A stretch of 64,000 nucleotides of DNA, from NCBI GenBank assembly GCA_051362555.1, contig CM120645.1:21390001-21454000 (forward strand). Direction: 5' to 3'. Both the position numbers and the translations under genes were made by a program. Source of the stretch: Lingula anatina. Taxonomy: Eukaryota; Animalia; Brachiopoda. Positions 38,002-52,138 of the stretch are shown piece by piece. Below the pieces are notes generated by a model that worked only from the letters and a program-made list of their open reading frames with translations, was not told where the DNA came from and did no database searches. Position 1 is the first letter of the stretch. Each line of letters opens with the position of its first letter.

Positions 38002-41000
38002 AGATGTTTAACTGTGACATTTCAGACAATTCAGGTAAACAAAACCTGTCAAAAGTAGCCAGTTAATTGTGTTTCACGAAGAACTTTAATTCTTCATCTA
38101 AAAATGTTTAAGCGACTTTCCACAGATTTCTCAACTCACGCGTCTGAGAAACGCTTCTAAAAAGGTTAAAAAAATCGATGACAGCTCATGGCGATTCTTC
38201 GTTTGTTCATGATCAGAAAACGAAACAGATACATATATAAAGTATATTTTCAACATCATGAGACAGTTAAACTTTGGCCATGGTGCGATTCAGTTCTAGA
38301 TCGAAGTACAGTAACGATAAAATAAGAGCTCATCTTGGAACGTCGTCAAAGGACACCTTGCGGCCAAAAACTGTAAACGAGCGTAGCAGTGACACACTTA
38401 AGTAGCTTTCTAATAATTTGCACAAAATGTTTGCCAACACAAAATGGGATCATAGCAGAATATTTTCGTGAAGGTGATGTATTCAGAGAGTTGCGTTGAA
38501 CCTGCTCTCAAGTACTGCATTTAAGCGTCTGAATCTAAATTAGACGGCTTCATTGCAGTTTTTATTGGTGAGGACTATTATACATGTATCTGTTCGCAAC
38601 AAAAAGTTGGATTAGGCCTAACAGTAATGATACTTTAAAATACCCTCACTGTTAAAAGAGCTAAAATTTAGGCTTCTATCAGTGCGTTAGTGGCGCCTGT
38701 CTCACCAACCACAATGAAGGTGCAAACATTTGCACTCTATGGAATTAAAACGGGCACATTCAGTGAGGAATAGTTTTTTTTTAGCTAAATGTACTTTTGT
38801 TATTGAATTGTCGACTACTGTTTCCGGTATCTCTGGGGGTTCTGTGCTCTCCTTGGTGTAGAGATCGATTGAGGATGAAGATGGCCATATACAGAACCTC
38901 CCGTTTGGGTTGATTGTTTATCGAGAAAATCAGGTTTTAAAACCAAACATTGCATTTACTTTGTTTTACGTCATAGGTGAAACCTGAGGGGGGGGGGGGA
39001 GAATTGGGCCCTACCTTCATATTCACCACCGTAAAAATAAATGAAACTGAGTTTTACGAGAAGCAGTTCCATATGATCTGTAAATCCTGTTCATAACAGA
39101 ATTACATGTATATGACTATCGGTACACTTTCACTTACATTACAATAACGATAAATACATAAAAGAAAACAAAAACATGAATAAAGAATATAGCATAACTA
39201 ATATACAGTAGTTAAGCCGATGAATCTACACAATAAATTAACACGTAATGTTATCCACGTACACTGTAAGCCTACCCTCTACCAGAGGTCACGGGATATG
39301 AAATGTATTCAGCCAATGAACAGCCAAAAAAAATATCCGTTATTATTTTTTGGAAAAAATCTCTGTGGACGTGGTAGAGGCTACTTATCACGCGCTATAA
39401 AACAATCCATCTATAGGCCAACTCAGTTTTGATAATTCGATACAACAGAAAGCAATGTCGACAACACCTATATTTACACAATCCTTACCCTCCGGGCAGA
39501 GCGGGCCTTCGCTTTAATCGTTTCTACAAACTGCAAGGGATTAAACTTTTTTTTTAAAAATTAGAAAATAAATACTGTCCAAATGGAAACATGAACATGA
39601 ATGCAAACACGTATGGTTGTGCGTTGTGTTGCTTGAATGTCGAACATGGGTTTTACATTAACTGGAAGCTGTGTTCTATTTCCTAACCCCCATTTCGGCA
39701 CAAAAATCACTTTACATATATCGAATAATGTAATAAAAATATCATACCTTATCATATGAATGAAATTTTGTTTTGAAATATTCGTTGTTTTGCACTAACA
39801 TATATGTATGTGCACGTCTGTTAATTGTGACAATCATATAAAAAGATTTAAAGAGGTCGATTCGACCTTATTATCAGTCTCTTTGGAAAGGATTTGGTAG
39901 TTCAAATAACAACATAAAACTAAATATTTACACTATCGCATTACGTTAACCGAATACCCTTGTCAATCTATTACAATGCGACTCAATTATTCGGAAAAAA
40001 GGGACAAGTGCAACGTAATGCTCTTTATGCATTACCTAGTATTTTCTCTATGTATTTATGCCAATATCACTTCAGGTGTAAAAAGACGAAAACCTACTCT
40101 GTTGCTATTGACTGAAGTATTTCTCTTTAGAAGCACTCTATGAATTTGCTTCAATACTTTTCACGCTGTTTTGGGAAGTTGCAGGTGTCGCAATGTTTCT
40201 ATTGACACAGCTTCTTATAATTATGTCTTTATTTTTCAACCGTATCTATTATTAATAGTGTGTATATGGTATAATGTATATGCAGAAGAGATAGAGACAG
40301 GTTAGTGTCAAATTTCTGTCAATAATTCAAGACTTTCTCTTCCTTTTATTTTTTCCGTTTTTATTTGCAAGCATGTTATCATTTATTTCACTGATATTAT
40401 TATTTTTACCATTAAACTGGATTCGTTGATTATTGGCTTTTTCTAATTACACATTAAATGATCTGCTCATACTGTTTTCTAACGGGCTATATCGTTCTAC
40501 ATTGACATATGGAATTATCAACTCTAGCCTTAGGCCCGTAGCCGGGGGGGGGGGGGGGGGGGGGGTTCGGGGGGTTCGAAAGAACCGCCCCTTTTGCAGG
40601 GAAAAGGTCCACTCTGGGTAAAATTTGATCTAGGTACGTGAAATTTTTATGGAAAAAGGTCCACTTTTTCAGAAAAAGAACCCCCCTTTTGAAATTGCTG
40701 GCTATGGGCTTGAGCCTTATATTGATAGAAACCTCATTTTTAACCCCAGAAGAATGTGGCTCGTTTCAGTATATCTATTAGTTCACAGATTACGTCTCAG
40801 CATCTTAAATAGTTCGACTAGTTAATACTACTCTTTTAAATGCAACATAGTTTACGTTGTAATTGGCGTCATCAGTTTTCACCTATTTCTCTCGTTTGAT
40901 ATTGTTGCATCTTTTTTTAATCAGATCGATGTACCTGAAATATGTGCCCCAAAGAGGTTGTTGTACAGGTGAATGTGGCAAAATATTTGTTATGCTATTC

Positions 41001-41609
41001 CGGATCCACTATTTTCTATTTAAAATACAGTCGTTTAATATAATCTATTTGAAGCAATGTCATTAACAACTAGAAATGAAACCAGCATCAGTTGGCGTAT
41101 GCCGTTTTGCGGGGGCGAAGAAAAATCACAAAAAATTGCTATAATTCACTGTTTTGCTATAAACTACTCACCTTTAACTGTCTGCTGAAACTTTTGATGG
41201 ACTTATTGGACGCCTTCCTGGGTCCCATGTCTTCTGTGCCGCTCGCAGGCAGAGTGGGATCCGACGTCCCTCGGTTTCTCTCTCGCAGCGACCGGCGACG
41301 TCCGAATGTCGAAGCGTCCATCAATGGGAGACCGAGACGTGACTTATCCGTGGACTGCTTCCGCGATCCTTTCAGCACGGATTTGCTGATATCAGCAAAC
41401 GCCGTGTCCATGCTCATACCCCTGTGATGCCGCCCCTGGGTCGACGATCTGCGGTCACTGGCAACCCCCACAGAAGGCACCCCCAGGCTCTGCGGGGCGT
41501 GGGAGTACCGCCGAGAGTTTGTGAACGCTGACCCTTTGGCTAGCGTGCCGTACAAGCTGTTGATGCGCTGTCGCCCTGGTGATTTGTCTCCTCCCGACGT
41601 CGTTGCCAT
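26861..41609 (-). CDS. CNBD2: Cyclic nucleotide-binding domain-containing protein 2-like (about 768 aa, 15 coding exons)
   Basis: Exons (minus) 41609-41172, 34115-34033, 33571-33439, 33177-33103, 32656-32568, 32281-32208 (IVRQSHPPNAFYILLSG), 31797-31637 (FGELGLINRTPRQSS phosphate-binding cassette), 31294-31242, 30929-30852, 30583-30523, 30098-30032, 28784-28236, 27959-27796 (IHVQTLSRGDVF), 27459-27325 (MSNGAEVMMINK) and 27007-26861 (YPTDDEM...W). Phases are all consistent; total 2307 nt. The symbol rests on recalled family similarity. Confidence 0.8.
35296..35452. repeat. Tandem duplication, 2 x 79 bp
   Basis: gagattccaagcaaaat...aaaaaccaatgaacaattctg...gtgcttctga.atttagg begins at 35296 and again at 35375. 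Confidence 0.85.
40531..40712 (+). mobile_element. Short G-rich MITE (same family as 54958-55132)
   Basis: aggcccgtagcc-(G)n-gttcggggg...aaatttgatctaggtac...aaggtcc...aaaagaacccccctttt-gaaat..ctggcta.gggc.tg; the termini are inverted repeats. Confidence 0.8.
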
Positions 41610-44600
41610 GGTTTCAGACCTTCTGACGTGAAAGCGCAGTGTGTGTATTGTCGGAGGAGGCTGACTTAGTAGCATACTCTAGGATGATTGAACGTAACGC
41701 ATGTATTGCAATGCGATCTGCGAAAAATGAAGTAACTATTCACTTTAAGTATATCTAAAAATTCATCAAAGCGGGAGACTCCTTTTTCATTTATCCTTAG
41801 ATACGAGAAGTTGTATATCCGCGGTGGTTTTCATTCATAAGTTTACGCAAGCCTTCCAATTGGATAGCTATCTCTTGTTAACATCCGATGATCCACATCA
41901 ATTGTATTAATTTTTCTGCGTTAAATTGTCGTTCTTTGCCTCTTCTTTGAATTATCGTAAGTCGGACATGATTTTAGATTCGGACGTGATGGGCGTTTCT
42001 TGATAAAAACGTTAGGAAATTCGCCTAACTACGTAACCAAGTTACTCGGTGACAGTTACAGATAAGTCTCCGTCGTGAAGATGCCACGCGTCGTTGTCTT
42101 CTGCGTATTATCTCTGTCGTTAGGGAGTGGAAGGAATGGTTTACGTAACGGCGTGGACGAAGACACCGAAATCCTACGACCTTCTATCAGCTCTTCTCGA
42201 TTCCCCTGATAAACATTTCAATGCCTGTAAGGTAAACAAACAATCGGAATGAAAGCCATTTTCAACTGGATGATAAAATTCCATCTTTACGGTGCAGCTG
42301 ATGGAATCTTAATTCGCTCTTAATCGTTTAAAATTGAAGGACAAATTACTTTAATGAGAATGGGTTAAATTGATTTTGAAGTCTTCCTAGGCAACAATCA
42401 CAAGCTTAGAATACCCGTGCGCTAAGATTAGAGCATCAGCACTATTATCTAACCACATTAATCGTGATCAAGACTTGTAAGGCAAAGATCACATTGACAA
42501 TAATTACAAAGCGCAATATTACAACAGCCCTAGAAATTCAAGTTGATGCCGTTAACCATATATAATCTACAGGTGTCAAGACCTAAATATATACCGACCA
42601 TTCCTGCCTAAGAAAACCAATAATCTACTGCTTTAAAACAAAGATAGCAGCCAGATACTGCAAAAATTCACATTTTATTGGTTCGAATTTTTAAAATTTT
42701 GCTGACCGTAGACTGCATAACTCTTTCGAAAGTTTTAGTGCAGGCTGATTGAACATTGACTGAAAAGGACCAATGTTCAATACAAGATCAATATCAAAAC
42801 TACCTAACGGTAAGTGCTAAGATTTCAATACTGGATTTGATTACCTAAGCATGCCTGCTATGATCAATAATTGAATAACGATAATTAATGCAGCAACATT
42901 ATCAAACAACAATAATATCAGGTATATGAAATAAGAATACCATATATTCATTACACTGGTCATTTAAGAATACACGAAATACACACAAGGCGCACGACAC
43001 GCTGATTTGAATGGTATGAAGACTTACTAATGCAATAAATACAAAGGGCATTAGTAGATCCTTCACCCCATGCGAAAAAATTCACCTCTCAAGTTGATAG
43101 CATAACCTTACGCTTTGTTACAGATGCATTAATAATAATAACCGAAGAAAAAATTTTGATAACCTTCAACCTCTGCGTTTGTGTCTGTAAATGTGTCACC
43201 GCAATGTAATAAGAATAAATAAAAGGATAAATAAATGTATAAGGAATATTTTTCCTGTATTATAATTGATTGTGTTGTCAAAGCAAGTTATATTAGATGT
43301 TGAATATGAATTTGCTTGTATGTATGCACTAGAGTTATAAATACAAAATACTTCCAGGTTTTTCAATCAAAGTGATTTTAAGAGAAGTCTGTTTTTCAGT
43401 ATGTATGAAATGCAACATTGTTTTTTCGTTTAGTATATGGATTTTACATATAAAGGATATATCGAATGATTACATGTATTTCTATTATAGAGTAGCTGAC
43501 ATAGTATTTCGCATACTATCTAAAAACATTTTTCTCTGTTAATTGAAAAATTTTATTCAGCTTCCACTCGCATTTATAATTGTCTTCGGGACTTATTTTA
43601 GTATTAACGTCAAGGTGGTTTAATATATTTTTTTTAATTTCTTTATTATTGAGAATAGAATTTATCACCAAAAAAGTCACAAAATCTTATTTAGCGTTTT
43701 CTATACATCTAGGCTTCACTACCCCATTTAGCCCTTACATCCGTTCTTTTAAGTAAACTTACTATTTGGAGTAACTGAAAATATCACCATAAAACCCTAC
43801 CTGTATCCCAGAATTTCTCGTTAGGGCACCGCTTCGTTGATATCCATATCCTAGACAGTACATAAACTTCAATTCCACCTCTCTAAGCAGCCAGATACTA
43901 ATATATTACTAAACATCAACACCACGTTAGCGACCAAGGCAAATCAACACTTCACCAATTACGTATTTGATCAAGTGGAGGGTTTGACTTCATGTCCGTC
44001 TTCACATCTCTCGGCTTAAAACGGTCGCTTGTCCTTAGCCTCTTCAGCAGATGGCAGACGATTGACTTCTGTAAAAGTCCCCTTTCTGTGTGCAGACGAC
44101 TTCTTTTATGCTGACAACGTACTCCTTTCCATATTTGGTTTAATTTCTAACTAATCAGCCGTGTCTTTATATACTTATCAAGAACCGCTAAAGACTGCTT
44201 TTCTACGGCGTATCTCTGTCGAATGGAAATATATATGGCTGAATGTGCATAAAAATAGGAATTATAAAAACCTCCATTTACATTAAATAATAGTCGAGAT
44301 TGTCTTGGTATAAAAGGATCATTTCAATTGAAAAACTTCCTAAGTATAATAATTATTTTCAGTAAGTATTTTTTGTGATTATATAACCTATTTCTTATTG
44401 CTCATTTACCAGCTTAATCCTGAAGCAAAGAAACACTCAGCAAGCTTTGGAATGTTGTGTTTATATCCATAAAAAACCTCAAAGTTCTCATCCATAATAT
44501 TCCACGTTCCGTCTCAGTGGCCGACCTCACATTTCACGTGTTAAAATGCTCCTGTTTCACAAATTGTAACAGCACTCGCCATAACCCTGTCCTCTGCGAC

Positions 44601-45026
44601 AAGAGGCTCTCTCTCTCCTCCCATTGCCTTTTGGTTAAACATTTGCCATTCTTGTGTCTTCTGTGTCAGGTGTTTAATTGTTTGCACAGCTCAGCCAAGC
44701 CCTACAGTACACGAGACACTCAGCGGTGTCGATAAAATGACTTCTCAAGGCATTACTTAATGATTGCATTTATAAATCACACTCTCTGACGCTGTCACAA
44801 CACCGTCGTATTGTTACAACTATAAAAGGCCTGAATGATTGGTGCTTATTTCATTCCTTGTCGACTTTTTATAAATGGATTGCAGACAGATTTCATTTAA
44901 AACTTGCCCACGCTTCGCTTGAAAGCCAATTAATGTGATCGGTATCGTGGTTTTCAGACGGTTATATTAGCCCTAATCTTGTTTTAATGAAAACAAATAC
45001 AACGGCAACGTGTTCTTGTCGGTAAA

Positions 45027-45028
<2 letters not shown>

Positions 45029-45069
<41 letters not shown>
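45029..45069. repeat. (GA)n microsatellite
   Basis: Read directly from the sequence. Confidence 0.95.
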
Positions 45070-47740
45070 GGTTGGAGGAGTGTGAAGTATTTAGAGCAAA
45101 TTTTTCTATTTTTAGGTTGGACTGAAGATAAAAACAAGCGTCGTTAAGGGATACCCCATGCCTCCGAACATTAAATCAAAAAGCCAGTGTCGCGGAGAAC
45201 TTTGAAAATAATTTAGTTGAATAGCAAAATGTTCTTTTCTTTATACTCATATCGTACGCATATCTTCTTTTATTGGATTTACCTTTTCAAAAGGAACAAA
45301 ACATTTTAGTGTGACTGGAGATGTGTCTATGTTTCATCTTATATGTACAGGGAATAAACATTATTTTTAGTCTAAACAGAAAAATATGAATATAAAAAAA
45401 ATTAACTTGCTTTTACCTGTATGTTCAAATACCAGTTCTATTACAAAATACTACGAGAACAAAGCTGTGACAACTACATCAAAATGACGCGGACTATTAA
45501 ACATTGCTCATTTCCAATTTCATGCAATTTCATGGTTAGCGTTAGAGGCGATGTTTGCCAATGGATGAATAGTGCAACAGCAAACATTTACATTTACATT
45601 TACAAAGCAAAATGTACTATTATTAATACAAATATATGTGTATATTTTTGCAACGTAGAGGATAAATGGATCACGTTCGCGCCTAACGCGCCTAACGCCG
45701 GGAGACAAATTTAACGTGTATTCAAGCGTGTTGTGCGGCAGCAATGATTGACCGGTCAGTGTAAACATGACGTGGCCGATAAAAGGCAGGGAGGGGGATA
45801 GCGACAAGGACATCTGGACCATAAACCTGGGCGGTGATTTATAGATCCTTACGATGTGGCTGTTTATGAGATACGGTGAATAGTCGGGGACAGCTCTGAA
45901 AGGAAACTGTGGCCTGAAGGGTGGACAGCAAGGGACCATTCTTCAGTTCTTTGTCTTGTTTCTGTAATCAATTTACAAAAAGAATGGTTCGGGATAGTTA
46001 CGGGCAGGTCTATAGGCTACTGCATGGTATTTGACACAGTAAACGAAGATTACCCTCTGATATTAGGGGCTTCTAAAACAGTATACAAATTGAAAGTATG
46101 AAGAAGACCACATTAGAGAAGGCCTAACTTAAGTGCCTGAGACTCATTTTCTTCTCAGACACCTGCTTGAGAAAGATAATATAGGTTAGACGATTCTGCC
46201 AATTTAGAAAGGAGGAAATCCCTCGAGTTAGTTGAGCTAGTGTAGATTATGAAAAGAAGATGTAGGGTGCAGTGTCTCTTGTTTACATGTACCACCTGGT
46301 GGGGGTGAACGTTAAATAACGCTATATCTGTGCCAAGTCATACTGTCTCTTCCTAGAAAGCACGTCGAACAAATGCTTTGTGCAGCGTTTAGAATAAACG
46401 TTAAGATGGCATAATTTTTTTACAACTACATTCATCACACTTTGACAAAAACGCATCTGAAGTAGACTTTGCTAATAACTGACCGATGTGGACCGACTAT
46501 TTTAGTCTGTAATATACGAAGTCTATTAAACGCGTATAGAGCAGTAAATTGTAATTTCAAAAGAGATTGATAGCTACAGATTATGTGATATCATTATAAG
46601 CGAGGTCTCTGTATTCGTTTTCCAGATGTCACTTTTCAAATAAAAACATCATTTGTATATGTTTACTTTTTTTATTATATTTGGTTGATTAATGGTGACC
46701 GTAAGGGAACCCACCTGTACCAGCACGTGCACGTTCCTTTTGGGAATTCAAATACTTTATCATATTCATGTTCATTTGTTAAAAAGCAAAATGTGTATTC
46801 CTTATTTTGTTTCACCGTGTTTTATTGTGTTTCGCGAACCAAGATATTATTAAAAATAAACATACTTAAAAGTTAAATCTTGAAAGCAGTGACAAAGAAA
46901 TAAACCTGCCACTACAACCGTCTTTCTGATCTGACATACATACATGTGTATATACCTGTTTTACTTATACAATGTATGTATTTTTTATTCGAAACAGTAA
47001 TTGTTTTACTAAGAGCATATTCAAATAATCCCTCTTTCACTCATTTTCTTCTCTTAAGATAAACACGCTTACCTTTTTTTTAAATCTGTCCTTTCAATGT
47101 CCCCACACGTCTTCACGGCGTCCCACTCACTTTTAATGGGATCGTTACAGTTAACGCCGATGTTGAGTGAACATCCACAACCTGTTTATTGATCAATTGT
47201 TAAAACATACCTCAACAATACGGCTTGGAGACGATTGATTTTTTGGCACGGAGTTACGTTTGAGATTAAAGGTCTTGTCAGTGAGGGGACAGGGGAGTTG
47301 ATTATGGGGCGGGGTGGGGGTGGGGGGTGTTCTCAGATGGCATCCGCATCGGTGGTGGGGGTGGCGCTTGAGGGGGTCGTACCCTATGAGTCGCGAGAGG
47401 GGGGGAGGGTGTAATATGCGATATAAGGAAATTGCGGTATTGCTTTCTCAGTGCATTATTGATACTAGTTATACTACGTTATTGTGAATAATACATGTAT
47501 AGCATTCATGTAAAAGGCGATTCATAAAATATCTATTAATTACAGTAAAAGAGATCCATAGACGATGTAAAAAATTACCGCTACTCAATAAGTCTCCTGC
47601 TATCCGTTCGGAAAGAAACGCATTGTCTAAGACTCCAGCGGTCTGTTTTTTTCCAGGCATTAGTACATTTAATCCAATCAAATAAAATACCACCCTGATT
47701 TAATAACAACAACTACATGGCCAGTGTTTCAGCCAGATAC

Positions 47741-47970
47741 TTAGGGTGTATTCCCAGAGATTTAGATCGATCCAAGGATTAAGATTTAGATCGACCTAAC
47801 TCCCTGGGGTTTAAGCTAAATTGCAGTCAGCCGAGCGCGCACCATAGTTAATTACCCCCTTACAGCTTTCAGTAGTCGGGACAGACGCTTTAGCCGGCTA
47901 AGCTTACAGTAATCTAGTGACACTCCCCACAGGGATAGACCGATCTAAAATCTATGGAAATGGGGTCTTA
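47741..47970. mobile_element. Degenerate MITE-like inverted repeat
   Basis: ttagggtgtattcccagagatttagatcgatc versus gaccgatctaaaatctatggaaatggggtctta (imperfect reverse complement). Confidence 0.45.
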
Positions 47971-48891
47971 CTGTACGTAAGTCAGTTACTATGAATTAAT
48001 CTTGAAGGGAAGATAGAAATTTTGGTTTCAAAGTTAAGGCCAATTTTCGCTGGGCTAACGTACTTTCGTATAACTGACCCTCATCTCCGTCAAGCCTGTC
48101 CCCTCACGGCTTGCGCCAAGGGTCGCTTGAACTTTCATCTCCCATCAGAGTGCGGATACACGTGGTATTGCTAATCAATTACGATTAATACAAGAAATAT
48201 AGCAGAGAGAGTATCAATTGCGCGTTACAGAGTGAGAGATTGTTGCAGTATTGTTGAATCAAACGATTGATAAAGCTTAAATTAGCCACATCTGAATGGC
48301 TTTCGATCGTTAAGCAGTGATATAATTAAGTCTAACGACATTCGTTGCAACAGAACTGTGAAAAGGCTAATTTCCTGTTCCCGCTTAATGGAAATCATGC
48401 AGATAAATGGACATTCTTAATTGTTTCAATTCATTGTCGTAAACACTTCGCAAATTGAAAACGAGGGGACCCTTTAAGTTCTTATATTGACGTTCTTTGT
48501 AATCTTCATTGATGTCTCATTATTATTTTGCCACTTATATTAGTTTGTAATAACATTCGTTGGGAGGAAGCTGCATCTTTGGAAGAGAAATTCGTATGTG
48601 GTGCTTGAGCAGGGCGAAGAAAAGTTATCCATACTTTTCGTGGATTCTCGCACTTTTTCTAGTCTCGCGTGATGTCACACACACTTGTTTTAACGTTTTA
48701 AAGTTAAAACTTTGTATACATCAGATGGTCCCCATTAAGACCCCCTGTCCCCAGTAAATTCATTCCTTCTTTTCCTTCATTCTTCTTTTGCCTTTTGTAA
48801 TTCGGACAAATCACAGCCACCAAACCACATTAGAATCATAAAGATATTGGCCCTAGCCGCCTTCTCTCACCTTCTCTTTCACGCGCACAGT

Positions 48892-48893
<2 letters not shown>

Positions 48894-48954
<61 letters not shown>
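48894..48954. repeat. (CT)n(CA)n compound microsatellite
   Basis: Read directly from the sequence. Confidence 0.95.
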
Positions 48955-50867
48955 GCTTAAATTCCACGATAATTATGAATTTTAATTATATCTAAATATT
49001 CTTAAAGGAATAAACCAAAATAACCTTATATCTCCTATAGATGTTCCTGTGGTCATTTCGCGTCCCATTACTTCAACACCCTGGAAAAGTCTCTAAAATG
49101 GCAAATGCACGAGAGGAAAATTTTATTTCTTGTTTTTCAAGATGTAGCAAGGTCGAAATGTTATTCTACTATACGTGTATTGTAGTCCACTCCGGTATAT
49201 TCTGTACAAGATCGCTTTGTTACTGCATTGGCCTGATGTGCATCCATCATGCTCTTACACATAAACGACCATATGCTACCACATTGGTGTTTATAATACT
49301 GTCTGTACAATTATAAATTCATGCCATTGTCAGCATCTGTCAAAGCATCCCATTTATTACACTATACAAGATAAAGTAAATGAGATAATTAAGTTCTTGT
49401 CCATGAATTGATAATTAAGTTGATACATGCACAGTACTAGTATCACCATGTAACTGCTTGGAAAACTGAGATCAAAGACCTACAGAGACACATAGGAAGA
49501 CTCTTTAATGAGATAATGGTCACTGACGAGAAAAGAGGGAATGTTTATTGTCCCTATTAATTTCGCTTCCACCCCCTCCCTCCCCCCCCCCCCCCCATCA
49601 CCCCCACGCACACACATCCCTAGGCCCGGCATTTTGAAAAAAACATTAGAGGGGGAGTTGGTCTTACTATGAAGCTTTTAGACCCAATTATTGTTCATCT
49701 TAAGTCCCAGTTATTGGCCTACTTCAATCCAGGATGAACGTGAATTATTTCACCATATTAGCGTTGCACTTGGTTTTAAGCAGTAGGTCTACTACTGGTA
49801 GCACGCAGCTCTTGATTGTAACAAAACAAGATATCATTTAATTTCTTAGGATTAAGATGATTGTATGTAATTGGGAAAATTAGACTGAAAATTTGGCTAT
49901 TAAAGTTTAGGCCACCGTTTCATCTTAAGTTCTTTTCTGGAATAGGCCCTTTGCACCCTAGTACTTTTTCATCTGACCCCTCATGCATCATGACGTCCCA
50001 TTTTAAAGATGATTTAAACAGAAAATATGATTTAAATGAAAGTTAAGTCATGGTCTAACTTTTGACAGTACATGTTCGTCAAAATAATGGAGGCTTGCGA
50101 CATTTAACAAAGATTAATTGTGCAACAAATGAGAAGCAATTTTGTGAAACTAAATTACTTCAAAATAAAACGTTTCGTGCTGCGTGTAATAATTTACAGC
50201 GTAGGTCTGGACCTTATCTGTCTTATGTTACACGAAAATAAGCTATCCAAAATACCTTTAATTATCATGATGAGTTTGCTTGACAACTTTGTTAAAGGTA
50301 CATATCCTATTTGGGATTTTCTCGCAAATGGAATTTTCTTCGAAACAAAGCAATTTTCTTCTACTAACGAACCATTGCGCCTAGATTCGATGCTTTTAAA
50401 TTATGTTTCTAATTAAATAATTAAGTTCTGGAAGACTGGTCAGTTACGAAGACCTCCATGTCAGAAAGAAATATTGACATCACATACATGCATTCATTTC
50501 ACATGTTTTATACATTTAAGTTCTGAATTGGGAATGATAAATAGCTTGGCATACTATGAAGGCATACATGTAGCAAACATGAAATTGGAACATTTACAAC
50601 TCAGACAGTATATCTTGGATGTTATGCATTTTTTGAAGTCATACTTATTACAGCAATTGAATCGCAACCTGCCTAAAGATAATCGTGTATTTCTTAAGTA
50701 CAACTGAATAACCGTGTCTTTTTCAAAACAAAAGAAAGTTCTTTTGTTAATAACTTAAAAGACGAAATCAAATATTTGCAAATGTGCATTGGCCATCAAT
50801 ATTACTTTAATCGTTCTTTATCTCAGTCTAAATAGACTAATACAGGCATACAATGGGCGCTTAGCAA

Positions 50868-50910
<43 letters not shown>

Positions 50911-52042
50911 ATCATATCATGATATATGAGGAGTCCAATGTTTTAGTCACTCTTGTAAATGCACAGAGAGGAAAACTAGCAAATTGATGGCGAGACGTGA
51001 GGTCCGAGGAGGGGGGGGGGAGGATTATTGAAACGTTTTATTTGAATTTGTACCTGTTCACAGATGTGATGTGTGTGTGTGTGTATGTGTGCGTGTTTGT
51101 ATACACGCGTGTGCGTGTTTGCATGTACTTGAATTTCCGTCCAGACATGTCTAAGCAAACTGAAGGTCAGTGCAGCCTTGGGCATATCAAACGTTTCTTT
51201 CACCCTCCATTATATGCATACAGGTTAAGGTTAGAGTGATGTCAGTGGATCGAAATTCCGAATTGACGGTTGACCATCATTCCATTTTGATCAAGTTTGA
51301 TGATATAAATCTAGGAGTAGTATTAGTATTTTAAGGCAGTTCTTATCGTTACCGGATCATTTATAAATTACTCTCAGATGTAAGATACTCCCGCATGTGT
51401 TAAAACAGCTCAGTAAGGAAATTGTAACTTAAAAACAATGACCGACTTCTGTTTTAAAGTTCATTGTGGGTTAATTTCACACATAACCGCTTATGCAGGC
51501 TTTAAAAATGGTTATTAAACTAACCGCGACCTCTACACATAGACAGAAAGCCGTCGCGTGCTCACAGCTCTAATGAGAACAATTATTGCTACCCGTATGG
51601 CAGAGTTGTCTGTTTACGAAACAATTATAAACCAAAAGCTGACAATGATGCGTGTGTAGAGCGCTGGACAACGAGAATCTTGATGAATGAAGCGTTCGGG
51701 GTAATAATGTTCCGGAATGTGTCAAAATGACGTGCGCGTTGTCACCTTCTGGTAAATGGTTCGAGTCACGTACTGTCTCGTCGGGCACCCAAGGGAACAA
51801 GATATAGAAGTTATGTCTAAGATACCCGTTGAAATAGAATAAATGTATAATCATAAAACCTTAAAGAGCGTTTGTTGAAAAAAATCCTAAAAGGGTAGTT
51901 TGATGTAGAATTAGTAAATGTAGAATTGAATTAAATTGGTACCAGCTACAGATACAACAACACCTGCAACAGATGCGACAATCTGACAAGACGGAAGCGC
52001 CGCCGACACCCCCTTCAAGTCCCTCCGATGGACATCGCGGAC

Positions 52043-52049
52043 TATAAAA
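52043..52049 (+). promoter_or_regulatory. Probable TATA box of the secreted repeat-protein gene
   Basis: TATAAAA about 95 bp upstream of the signal-peptide ATG at 52139. Confidence 0.55.
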
Positions 52050-52138
52050 GGTTCTGGAAATCTAAGACCGTCAGCTTTCGGGATCAGTTAAGCTCCGGTG
52101 AAGATCTTACAGCACAGTCTTTGGATCAAAAGACAAAG

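Noticed and set aside
51755-51770. GGTTCGAGTC B-box as a tRNA or SINE
   Set aside because: No A-box at suitable spacing and no cloverleaf stems could be found.
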